Positions 1-11,293 of a stretch of DNA of 64,000 nt are shown here, in pieces. Numbering within the stretch: the stretch's first letter is position 1; each line of letters begins with the position of its first letter. The notes below the pieces were generated by a model that saw only the letters and a list, made by a program, of their open reading frames with translations, ran no database searches and had not been told where the DNA came from. Source of the stretch: Selaginella moellendorffii (Eukaryota; Plantae; Lycopodiophyta); the NCBI RefSeq assembly GCF_000143415.4, contig NW_003314281.1, positions 856,833 through 920,832 on the forward strand, given 5' to 3'. The position numbers and the translations under genes are program-made.

Positions 1-1464
1 GGCAAAAGATTGCGGATGCTGGTAGAACAAAAGGTGCGGACCCTTCGACAAAGACTGAGGCAAAACCAAAGAAGATCGAATAGACCAAAGTGGAATCAAT
101 CCTTTAGGTAGTTCCCAAGTACAAACCAAAGCCCCCATTGGCCTTCAAGGGAGTGAACAACTATAAGGTGGTGGAGGATTGGTTTTACAATATGGAGGAC
201 TACTTCTAAGCATTGCGGTTACCGAGCTCGGAGAAGGTTCCATGTGCAAAACTATACTTGGCAGATAATGCCAAGTCTTGGTGGAGAACGACAAAGGCCA
301 ACAAAGGATCGGTGGCCACTTGGGAAATGATGAAGGCGAGGATCCATGCAACTTACGTTCCTCCGAATGCTACTCTACATCTAAGATACGAGCTAAGTAG
401 GCTGAAGCAGACCGGAACCATTCAGGAGTATGTGAATGGGTTTATGGCAAAGAGGATACTTGTCACGGACATGGGGGATATGGATGCATTCCATGCCTTC
501 ATATCAGGCTTGCAAACCTGGGCTCGCGGTGAGGTGATGCGTTGGAACCCGACCAAATACAAGGAAGCGTTGGATGTGGCTATCAAGGTGCATTTCAATG
601 ATAACCTGTGAAAGGGGAACACAACAGGGTCAGGGTTCACGTTTAGCAAAGGGGCCAAATCAAGGGGAACGTATAGCAAAGGGAAATTCAAGAAGAGTTT
701 CTCTAAGAATGAGTCCTCGGGGTTCCAGAAAGGCAAATCTGGTGGCTAGCGAGCAAGTACGTGGGGGAGTCAAGCAAAAAAAGACAAACCCATGAATAAG
801 AGGGTCAAATCGGTTAGCAACGTGGGAAACAACGTATGCTACAATTGCGGTGAAGCAGGACACTTTTCGAGGGAATGTCCTTATCGGAAGAAGGCCAGGG
901 CCAATATGGCCATTAAGTCGGATGAAATCCAAATTGAGGTATGTGATCCAGTCCCTAGCTCAAAGTTACTCATTACACGAGCAACTTTGGTAGAGAGTCG
1001 TTCATGACATCTACTAGCCCTCCGAGGGAAGCTCGGAGGTAGCTTTGTTAAGATCCTTATTGACACAGGTGCTTCGGATAATTTTATGGCTGCAGACATA
1101 GTCCAGCAAATCGGACTAACGGTGTAGCGGCTGGGCGAACCAAAGACTATAGAGTTTGTTTAAGGTAGCCAAAGCACCGATGAGGTACTTCGACAAACAA
1201 GAGTCGAAGTACGGACATGGAAAGTAGACATGGATTTCACCGTGTTGGACATGGCGGGATTTGACGTGATCTTTGGGATGGATTAGTTCAATCGGTTCGT
1301 GGTAGCCCTGTGTGGACAAGGTAGGAACTTTGTGGTACTAGCAAATGCCCAAGGAAGAAGATCCAGGGTGGAGGCCCAGGATCTAAAGGTAGGGCAATGC
1401 AAGGCCAAAGATTCCTGCTTAAACCTGGTGTCCACGAGAAGGCAACTCACTAAAGGAACCAAGG
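1..1464 (+). mobile_element. Ty3/Gypsy (chromovirus-type) LTR retrotransposon A, 5' part: decayed gag (retrotrans_gag, CCHC knuckle) and aspartic protease, interrupted at 1464
   Basis: Gag segment AKSWW...LKQTGTIQEY, zinc knuckle [14 protein letters not shown] (~837-880) and protease LIDTGASDNF (~1056-1086). Several in-frame stops. Near-identical to the minus-strand copy at ~49130-50590. Confidence 0.93.
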
Positions 1465-1488
1465 AAACTCTATTTCGTTAAAGTGGGA
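1465..1488 (+). repeat. Left TIR of the DNA transposon (aaactctatttcgttaaagtggga)
   Basis: Reverse complement of 17765-17788, 23/24 identical. Confidence 0.95.
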
Positions 1489-1906
1489 ATTGTCATTATC
1501 CCACTTGTAAAATAAGGTTTCCAAACCTTTATATAGTATATAAATATAACAAAATTCAACTGCATTGAGGCACATGCCATTTTATTTTAAACAAGGAAAT
1601 GTCTACTCAATCACTTCTCCTCCCCCTGCCACTGCTTCACCTCTCTCTTCTCCTTGTCATCGTCGTCCAATTTCTTTCCATCTTTTTAATATTGGCTCAG
1701 TTGCTCCGAGTCTAGGTGGAGCCCAAGTCCCTATTCAATCTTTACTTTCCCCTTATTAATAAAACAACTTCGTAGACTTCCAATAACATGCTGTAACACT
1801 TCTAGTATAATGCAAATCCTCTCAAAGAATTGTCTTTTAATATTAATACAATGGCATGGAACCCCATGCCATAATAAGTTACATTTTTAAATAAATACAT
1901 GCCATC

Positions 1907-2769
1907 TCAAACTGTTATTTTTTGCCTCCAACGCCTATACAATAATCTTGGAATTTCATCACTCTCCACACTATCAGGATTTAAACCCAATAGTAATGCC
2001 ATCTCTTCTCTAATACATCCACGCTCATGTTCAGTGGTCGAAGAACCCATCCGGTTGAGCAGATTATGGAGATGCGGATAGTGCTTGGCTAGACAATATA
2101 CATACCATAAATGATGACTGGTGTCTGTCCGATCAAATGGCTTCTGATATACCGTTCCATCTGCCATTTGGTTGATTTCTGCAGCCACCTCCTGGAATGG
2201 CCGGTTCTCTATCACCATCGCTCCAAGCCGTTTTGCAAAGTCCCCCAGAACATACGGTTTCTTCTCCCTAGTTTCCATATTGCAAGAGATGGGGTGCACT
2301 GCATATGTGTGTGTGTTCGCTGCAGTTTTAATCGGCGAGTCATCGATGATGAGGATTTCACTTGACCTAGCAGTCCGGTTCATCACTACAGCCTCTGGCT
2401 TGACGAAGATGGGCTTGCTACCCCTCACATGGACCATAGTCAAGCAATCCTCCTGCGTTAGGAGAAAGTCAAATGGTAATATTACTCGCGTCTGATCATG
2501 CATCATCTGTAGCAATGTTAATGCATTGTGGCGCATCATGGATGTCCAAACTCCCAATTGCAAATTGAACCCGGCCCTCTGTTTTAAGTGTCGCATGGTC
2601 ATTATTAGATCCCGCAGTTTCTCCCGTGTGATTAATGTGAATCTGTCTCTTTTGACCAACTTGCGACCGCAGGCTTTGGAGGGTGCAGTGACATTCGAGG
2701 ACGAGCCACGCTCATGGGAGAAAAGGACACCGTTCAGATCAAAAACTATACAGTACCTTCGCCGTGACT
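1907..2769 (-). CDS. Terminal exon encoding an FCP1/NIF-family HAD phosphatase-like domain
   Basis: Motif I variant IVFDLNGVL, GVWTSMMRHNA (motif II), F-x-K-P, and motif IV ILIIDDSPIK. Open frame up to the stop at 1907. Confidence 0.8.
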
Positions 2770-5443
2770 CTGAAATGAAATGCGTCAGCATAAAAAATGG
2801 TACAAGTCAATTTTACCATCTACAATATTAGCGAATGGTGCTCCTGATGGTCGTTGAGAGGGTTTTGGTCGAGGAAATGTGAAGGGCGGAAATACTCTCC
2901 TCTGCAATGTGGGGTCAATCACATCTGATGGCGTGTGGGCACATGCCATTTCAGCTGTAGACTCTGGTACAATTGGCTCAACAGTGGCATGGGGTGGTTC
3001 CGATGGCGTGTGATCACACGCCATTTCAGCTGGTGCCTCCGTTGGCAAAGTGGACATGACCAAACAGGCAGCAGGGGCGGTGTAGGGAGGTTCCAACGGC
3101 GCGTAGTCAGACGATTGGGCACATGTTGAGTCCGTTGGAAATGAGGATATGACCGGCTCGGCGGCTGGGGCGGCCTCATGTGGGTCCAATGGCGCCTAGT
3201 CACTGTCAGTTGGATACATGGACAAGATTGACTCAGTGGTATGGGCAGCATCAAGTGGAGCGTGGTCAACTTGCTTGGCGTTGATATGGATAGTAGCCTC
3301 CACCAGCTCTAATGACTCTTGCAGGCAAGTAGAGTCCACTGGCAGATCCATATGCATGTCCAAATATCTCCCTTCGATTGAGATGGTATCCTCCCGTGCT
3401 ACTAAAAACAAACTCATTAGCACATTGAATCGACTATACTATATTTACCATCAACTGCTATTGAGGAATTAGGACCGATATCACTTGGGCACACTGCTGA
3501 TTCTGAAGGATTGGACATACGTTTCGACCCTTGCTTGGCACTATCCTTCCTCGACACTAAAGGCTAGAGTTTGTATCTTAATTCAACTGAATAATCTCTA
3601 CTTACCATTTGCTCTGCAACCTACATGGACAATGTTAGAAATGGTAAAAGGTTAGGAATGGATGTACTATTATTTACCTGATGGTTTGTCTTGTATGACC
3701 TTCCTCCACTGCTCTTTGGCCACCTCAGGCTGGCCATCGTCGTCATCATCGTCGTCGTCGTTATTGTGATCGTCACCATTGTGAGGACCATCCAAGTCCT
3801 CTTCATCCTCCTCTTCTTCATCCTCCTCTTCTTCATCCTCCTCTTCTTTGTCCTCCTCTTCGTCCTTCTACTCTTCCTGCTCATTATCTTTCTCTGGCTC
3901 CTCATCCCCCTCCTGCATTTCTTCCATAGGCTGCTCAGGCTGGATGGCTTGTTCTTCCAGGACCATCTTGGGAAAATCATTTGGCCGAGTCTCCATCTCA
4001 AAATACAAGACATCCATAGCCTGTTTTAGTGCGTGACCTAGGATCGTATCCTCACCCGACTGTCTTAACATGGTTTCTGCACGTTTTTGCACCCTTCGAA
4101 GACGACGAGATGAGAAAAACGTGGCCTTGACTTGAAAAGCATCCCTCATCCATTGTACCTCTCCATTGAGATTGGGGAAGGGGAGTCCGCCATAGGAATC
4201 TGAGTCAGGAGGTGGTGACTGGCTGCTTTCACTCAGCCCTTGATCTGCAATGAATGGCATGAGCACACACGCCATAACCACGAGGCATTACCTATCATCA
4301 TTTCGTTGCCCTTCTTCCTTTTCGAATCAAATGCCTTTGATCCCGACGACTATCCAACGTGCTTTCGCTTTTTATGACCACTGTCAGTTTGAGCTTGATC
4401 TGCAAGAAATGGCATGAGGACCCACGCAATAACCATGACGCTTTACTTCCCGTCTTTGGAGGCTTTGTCGTGCCTTCCGCATCCTCAGGTGCCTGCTCCT
4501 CAATTCCGTTTCGCTTTCGTTTCTTATGCGCCCGTTCTACAGAAATAGCATGAGGATATACGCGATAAGCACACAAATGCTTTTACCCTTCCTCCTCTGC
4601 CCTGGTCGGTTGTCCATCTCTTTGTCTACAGCGTCTGAAAGCTGTTTTGCAGGTAGCCTAATTCGAGGTTCACGATGTCTCCTTGGCACTTGAACTGTAT
4701 ATTATTGCATCAACACATGCAACATCCCATAATATTTTTAAGTTACCTTTCATAAAGTTTTCCATTGGTTCAACTCGTTCCCCTGAAATACAAACTTAGA
4801 TAAGTGCATGGGGCCATATGTCATGATCGTACCTGTTTCGGAACTCTCCTTATCACTCTTCGAGGCCTCCCCCTCCTCCATTGGAGGCACGTTGTTCCGT
4901 TCGATTTCCTCGACGCGATCTGCAAGAACATTAGTTAATTGCGTGGGGCCACACGCCATCAAACCTTCAGGTTCTTGTCGTGAGGTCTACGCTGCTTGCC
5001 CTAGTCTCTTTGGAATTTGAGCTGCAAGAAGCAATGGCATGAGAATTCACGTATAACAAAAATGATTGGTACCTCTCGTCCGTTGTACTTGGCTGGTGCT
5101 TGTTTGTTTTGCCTTTGAAGAAGTGTCTCCTGCAAGGAATAGCATGAGACCACACGCCATTGCAAATATAATGTGTACCTCCTTTTTTCCTATTGCTTGT
5201 CTGTTTGTCCTTCTTCGACGCGCCACCAGTGCGCTTTTCAGTCCTCGTGTCTGAATATTCACAACGATCTATAATCAAAATGGCATGAGGCCTCACGTGA
5301 CCTTACCTTGTGCAGGTTGTGAGCTTGGCCCAACATGGGTATCTTCAACAGTAGCTATTAACGCCGTTTCAGCATCTGGGGGTGGCCACGCTCCTGCATA
5401 CAGAGCTTGGGAGATAACATTTAAACTTAAAGTGCGTACTCAC

Positions 5444-6767
5444 CAGGTTCGCAGAGAAGATACTGTTTTTCTTTGGCAACTGTAATTATATGCTCCATTG
5501 AAGTCACCTCTTTAATGGAGTTTGTCACCGCAACACATGGGACACCCTTGAGTAGTGCGGCTCAAAAGAATAGTCCGCCGCAGTTGTACTCGACAACGCA
5601 TTTGCCCTTGGAATCAGAAGCAGGTGACCCACCCGCTATTGCGTTGAAGACCCAGCTGAGCATTTCCCATGCTGCACCTGGAGCTTTCTCTGGATTCAAA
5701 AGCTCCATAGTCGTCTTCAGTTCCTCAGGTACGGGTAAATTGACCTCCCTCAGATCAATTCGATCGGCCTTGTCGAACGAAGCTGGGAAGTCACTCTAGT
5801 CCCACTCTGCTGCAGGACCAATAACAAGGGTGAGTGTGAAGATGCAAACATTCATCGGTATCTTCTTCTTAGCCATTATCCCATAGATCTCCCGCATCTC
5901 CTTGCCTTTCAACCGAGCCTTCACCTCGTTCAAGGCCTTTCAGAACTTGTGATAGGATTCAGAGTCGTAGATCATATAGTGGACTGAAGATTCCACCTCC
6001 GCAAGTCCCACCATTAAGTCAATGATGGAGCTGACTTCGTCTGCATGAGTGATCTCCTCATTTGTGAAGTCCATCACACAAAAGATGTTTTTGACCTGCT
6101 CATCTCCGCGGGAAACGATGCTCCTCCACCTTTGATCCTCATCCGAATTCACGTATACCCGGTAAGGTTCTCGATAGGCCTCTGCTGCGGGGTCGAGCTG
6201 TTTCTGAAGCCGGCGGTCGACATCCCTCTTAATGAAATTTGGATACTGATCCAACTTCTCAGCTTTACTTTTCGTGGCATCCCGCAGCAGATCGATGAAC
6301 TTGGGGGCCCCCTTCACGTACTCGTCGATGTCTTCATTTGACAACTCCAGCTCTTCCATCATCTCTTGTGTGGTGTCGATGCTCACCCTCTCCACGGCCA
6401 CTTGCTCGAAGATCCAATCCTTCAATAGTGCACGAGCTCTCAGAGTCGTGCACAAGTCCTTGTATGTCACAATATGGCCGGGAGTCATTTTGGTCTTGTT
6501 GAAGACTACCTCACCACGTAGAAGAGCATTAGCCACTGTCAGAAGGTCGTCGTCGTCTAGAGACCGCGAGAAACGCAAGGCGTTGAGCTTCAAATCATTG
6601 GGCTTCCGGCCGTCCTCCACACCCATTGAGTTTAGCAACTCCCCGTCATGGTACCTCCTCAGCACATCTACCCATTTGTCAAAAACAACTTTTGTCACGA
6701 GTAGAATGTTATGGATGCTGAGTGTGTCATTGACCCCCAGTGTTTTTGAGAGAAGACTCGAGAATTC
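5444..6767 (-). pseudogene. Exon with helical region and a degenerate beta-class N4/N6 DNA methyltransferase-like fold
   Basis: Reading through stops gives ...CVMDFT...SSVHYMIYD...EKAPGAAWEMLSWVF...KGKCVVEYNCGGLFF*AALLKGVPCVAV. This resembles the K-P-helix-GDxVLDPFxGSG-AA-GR-hydrophobic C-terminus of beta-class MTases. No intact DPPY or FxGxG motif. Confidence 0.4.
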
Positions 6768-6821
6768 CTGCAATGGAAATGGCGTGAGGCCACATGCTAT
6801 GCCACATGCAACGAGGCTTAC

Positions 6822-8000
6822 CTGCCAGGCGCTAGTTGCTAGTGCACGTCCTTGTCCTGGTTTTTGTGGCTTCTTCAGTTGAACCCAGAGCTTCCGTGTT
6901 CATGCCAATGTCTCGTGCAGACCCGATTTGTAGCACGTTTCTTGCTTGACATTCTGCGCGTGGGAGATGTATATGATAGATCGGAGGGGCGAGTTGCCTT
7001 TTATCAGGCGGACAACTCTTGTCTTGAAGACTTTCTTCACCTCCTCGCCCACCATAATATCCACAACTATCTCTTGCATCGCCAAGTTAGAATGCTGCCC
7101 GGAGACGGCATAGAACCGGATATTCTGATCGTCCAACACCTTCCTATTGATCAAGTCTGGAAACCTCGTCTCGCCCTTCATTGTTCGGTAGTAGGGGATC
7201 ACGTCTGCGATGTCGGGTGTTACTGGACTTGCTAGCATCTTCTGCTTCAGTTTCTCCACCCACTCATCAGATACTAGCCTGTGGTTGTATTTGCTTTGGA
7301 TGTCGATGTGGCTCACGTCGATTGTATAAACTTTGTTGGAATAGTAACAAGTACTATTATCTGCGACGATTTTTGCTGCCTCTTCTTGCTCTTTCTGCTC
7401 TTTGCGGCTCTTCTTTTTGGTGGGTGTAGTGTTCGAACCCGAGGCAATGGCATCACCGAGTAGCTTCTTTTTTGGAGCAGGAGAGTCAGACGTCGGCTTG
7501 AGCTTGACCACCCTTTTCTGCTTCGGGGTAGTCTCCAGATCGACCCCCTTCCCCTTCGCTTCGCGAACTGGAGTCACTCTCAATGGCTCAATGTTGGAAT
7601 ATAGTTTTTGAACATCGCCATAGGTGAGGTCCGTGGATTCTATGTGATCTTCATAGACCCGCAGCGTCTTTGAAATTGTGGGCCTCCTAGACAACCTCTC
7701 CCTAGCTCCCTCTAGGAATTCCTCATAGCCGCTGCCCCCCTCCGGGAAGCCGCTAGGATGTGCAAGGTGGATCTTGAAGGCGGATGCTATCTCCACCACA
7801 AGTGCCAGTCCATATTCTTGCATGCAACTGCATGGAGTGTCTGTCACTTGGATGAGGATCCCCATGCATTCTTTTCTCCCACCATCTGTGTTGTACAGCC
7901 TCAGATCCTCGCCTTCCATCCCGAAAGTCCAACTGGTGAGCTCCTCCCCTTTCTCTGCATCCACATTGACAGTGGCTGGAAGAAGAACGCAATTCCTCAC
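6822..8000 (-). pseudogene. Exon with Lys-rich linker and ParB/Srx-like N-terminal-type domain
   Basis: IDVSHIDI...NHRLVSDEWVEKLKQKM...FYAVSGQHSNLAMQE...RVVRLI follows the ParB/Srx pattern (R-helix...hhhhxGxH-R/S-xxA). One in-frame TGA at 6900. Confidence 0.55.
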
Positions 8001-8883
8001 CTGTTCAAAAATGCACAACAATTAGAGCTGACAGATGAAAAGCTAGCAGCTGGAAATAACGTGAGGCCACACACCATTCACCATTGCATCAGATGTCTTG
8101 AGGCTGCATCCTAAGATGGCGTGAGGCTACACGCCATCTGCAACCGAACTGCACTCGAGAGCCCAATCGGTGCATGCCAATGTTGCTACTGAATGGCATG
8201 TGGCCTCATGCAATTTTCTACTTGGCCTAAAAGACTTACCATTTGAAGCCGAATGGAGGCGTGACAATCGAGGCCGGACTCGCTGGCGAATGTGCACTGT
8301 GTGTGCAGCGGATCGTAGCAGCAAGGCTACTCTGCCACTTACAGTTGGAGAGTGGCGCTGAAATCTCCCGGGACGCCAAGTGGGCTGCGTGTGGGTGGCG
8401 GAGTGGGCGGCGGAGTTGGCGGCAAAGTTACAAATTGGGTGTGTCTTGAAGTGGACGCCGATGCACACGAGCGCGATGCGAGCGCGAGTGGACGCCGATG
8501 CACACGAGAAACCTGTAGAGAAGGTAGATGAGCGCGAATGTGAGCGTGATCGCGAGTGGGAGCGCGATGCGAGCGCGAGTACGAAGCAAAATGCAAAACC
8601 TAACCTCACATGTGCGAAATGTCACGACGGTTGGTAATCCCGCAACGTCATCATTCCTCGGACTTGGGCGCCACCATTAATTTCTGGATCGCCGCGCGCA
8701 TGCATGCATGTGAAATCCAAAAGAAATCCGCAACGTCATCATTGCTCGAACTGCATGCACGTGAAATCCAAAAGAAAGATCATGATTGGGATATCATTTA
8801 ATACCCTCGCTATATTTATACCATGCATGATTGGATATTCCAAAGCATCTTGTATTTCCAATGTCAGATGTTCAGCTAAATAA

Positions 8884-10813
8884 AGAATGGTATACAATGT
8901 CCTTCTTGATGACCCTACAAAGAAGCATCTCAATCAGACACCACATGAGACCACACGAGCCTTACAATGTTTCAGGGGCATTTGCCATAAATCCGACTGT
9001 TATTTTGCTCCAAGATTCTACAGTTTGATGTGCATTGACCTTTCCATCGACACTGCAAAGGGACATCACAATCAGATGCGGGATCACAAGAAACCAACTT
9101 CACTAACTCTGGTTTCACCAAGATCTACGTAAGGAGTTATGAAATGAAAGGACCTTCTCTATTGAAATGTGTTTATGGTCCTAGGGGCATTGTGACATAT
9201 CAAAGGATTTTGCATCAAGTTCTGTATTTGCATGTTTATCAAGCTACTGAATTGCTAAACCCTAAACCCTCCCTAAATATGTGGCAAAAGCTACGTGAAG
9301 AAAGATGCCCTTTCTGGGCAAATGCTGTAAGAGGCAGATGCCGAGCAGTTAAACGGCGAATAATCTTGGCGCGGATCGCTGACATGGCATGGCAAAGTTC
9401 GAATCACTGACATGGCACAGCTGGATTGAGGCAAGGACATGATGTGACAAAGTTCAACGTCCGACAGCAAAGTCTAGAAGCTACTCAGTTTGAAATTTGG
9501 CAGAGGAATTATAAGATCTGGTTTGTTAGAGGATTTGATGTGACGTTCAAGCGTGTGGGCTTATGCAATTTTGATCCCAAAAAATGCACCAAAAAATGCT
9601 CGGCGTCATCTGGCGTTATCTCTTGAATGGCGTGGGGCCGCATGCCATTTTCAGGGGGACATAGGAGTATATTCCTAGAATATTCTAACACACGCGAGAG
9701 TTTTTTGAGTTTTCTGGAGATCCAACCGTTAGATCGCAACTAGATTTTACAGAATGGTATACAATGTCCTTCTTGATGACCCTGCAAAGAAGCATCTCGA
9801 TCGGACACCACATGAGACCACACGAGCCTTACAATGTTTCAGGGGCATTTGCCATAGATCCGACCGTTATTTTGCTCCAAGATTCTACAGTTTGGTGTGC
9901 ATTGACCTTTCCATCGACACTGCAAAGGGACATCACAATCAGATGTGGGATCACAAGAAACCAACTTCACTAACTCTGGTTTCACCAAGATCTACGTAAA
10001 GAGTTATGAAATGAAAGGACCCTCTCTATTGAAATGTGTTTATGGTCCTAGGGGCATTGTGACATATCAAAGGATTTTGCATCAAGTTTTGTATTTGCAC
10101 GTTTATCAAGCTACTAAATTGCTAAACCCTAAACCCTAAATATGTGGCAAATGCTGCGTGAAGAAAGATGCCCTTTCTGGGCAAATGCTGTAAGAGGTAG
10201 ATGCCGAGCAGATGTATCTCAGGCTAGCGAAGGGGACAAACGAAAGCTAGCTATAAACATGATGGGATGCAAATAGATTACTAAGTTGGTCCTGCGAAAA
10301 TCAAAAACCATAATTGAAAACATTGAAAATGCAAAAAGAAAGGTTTATAATATTTTTGAATTTTAAGCAACCAAAGGAATGTAAGTAGGGCATGTGTTTG
10401 TAAGTTTAAAAATGCCTCAACCACTTAAATTCCCAAGTAAATAAAGTTGTTTCTATTTTTGGTACAAGTAAACTTTATAGCGTGTGGGCTCATGCAATTT
10501 TGAACCCAAAAATGCACCAAAAAATGCTCGACTAGCATTATTCTTTGAATGGCATGTGGCCTTATATTGCCATAAATGGACGTACACACAGCATAATTAT
10601 TCCTTTACACGGCGAATAATCTTGGCGCGGATCGCTCATATGGCATGGCAAAGTTCGAATCACTGACATGGCACAGCTGGATCGAGGCAAGGACATGATG
10701 TGACAAAGTTCAACGTCCGACAGCAAAGTCTAGAAGCTACTCAGTTTGAAATTTGTCAGAGGAATCATAAGATCTGGTTTGTCAGAGGATTTGATGTGAC
10801 GTTCAAGCGTGTG
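8884..10813. repeat. Internal direct duplications in the transposon spacer (8884-9348 ~ 9751-10211; 9353-9556 ~ 10609-10813)
   Basis: Near-identical blocks read directly. The ORF track shows the twin peptides MVYNVLLDDP... Includes a telo-box ctaaaccctaaaccct. Confidence 0.9.
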
Positions 10814-11293
10814 TTATTTTTGAATTCTCAAACTCATTCCTAGGTCTATCATTTTTGTGCGCCGTGTTCTTGGTTCCGCTGAGCGCAGTGAGCGCTGCTT
10901 GTGTAAGTGGCGTTGTGAGCTGTGGTTTATGCGTCTACGAGCGGTTGCGGCATTGCGAGCGCCATTGCGAGCGGCAGTTTATGCGAGTGGCAGTTTGTGC
11001 GAGCGGCGCTACGAGCAGTTGCGGTGGTGCGAGCGGTGCTACGGTACCACTAATGGTATGAGGGCTCATGCCATCTTGGGGCTTGCAAGTTCATCACTAG
11101 CATATTGCCAATAGTTTCTTTACCTGCCTGTAGTTGTGTGTTTATCAAGATGGCATGAGGCCTCATGCCATCTTTAGCCCCTGCTAGCCTATTGCCATAT
11201 TCCTTTTGCCTTGCTGCAACTGTATATATTTTTATATGGGTGATTAGTCACGCACACAAAAATATATACAGTTGCAGCAAGGCAAAAGGAATA

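Larger units (their letters stand above)
1907..8084 (-). pseudogene. Multi-exon transposon cargo gene (probably one gene): ParB/Srx-like domain, degenerate amino-methyltransferase-like fold, acidic/low-complexity linker, FCP1/NIF phosphatase-like domain
   Basis: Putative ATG at 8084-8082. GT-AG introns at 8081-8001, 6821-6768, 5306-5251, 5178-5130, 5072-5022, 4586-4537, 4446-4400, 4291-4245 and 2816-2770; the last joins the Pro/Ala-rich exon in frame to the NIF exon. In-frame stops at 6900, 5940, 5796, 5562, 3868 and 3196, with the frame continuing beyond them. Not every junction was checked for frame. Confidence 0.65.

Noticed and set aside
3691-4029. Hydrophobic 'membrane protein' ORF on the + strand
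   Set aside because: Antisense shadow of the Glu/Asp-rich exon on the minus strand.
8127-8640. Overlapping Arg/Ser/Ala-rich ORFs
   Set aside because: GC-rich, repetitive promoter/5' UTR-like patch upstream of the cargo gene, with no protein-like features.
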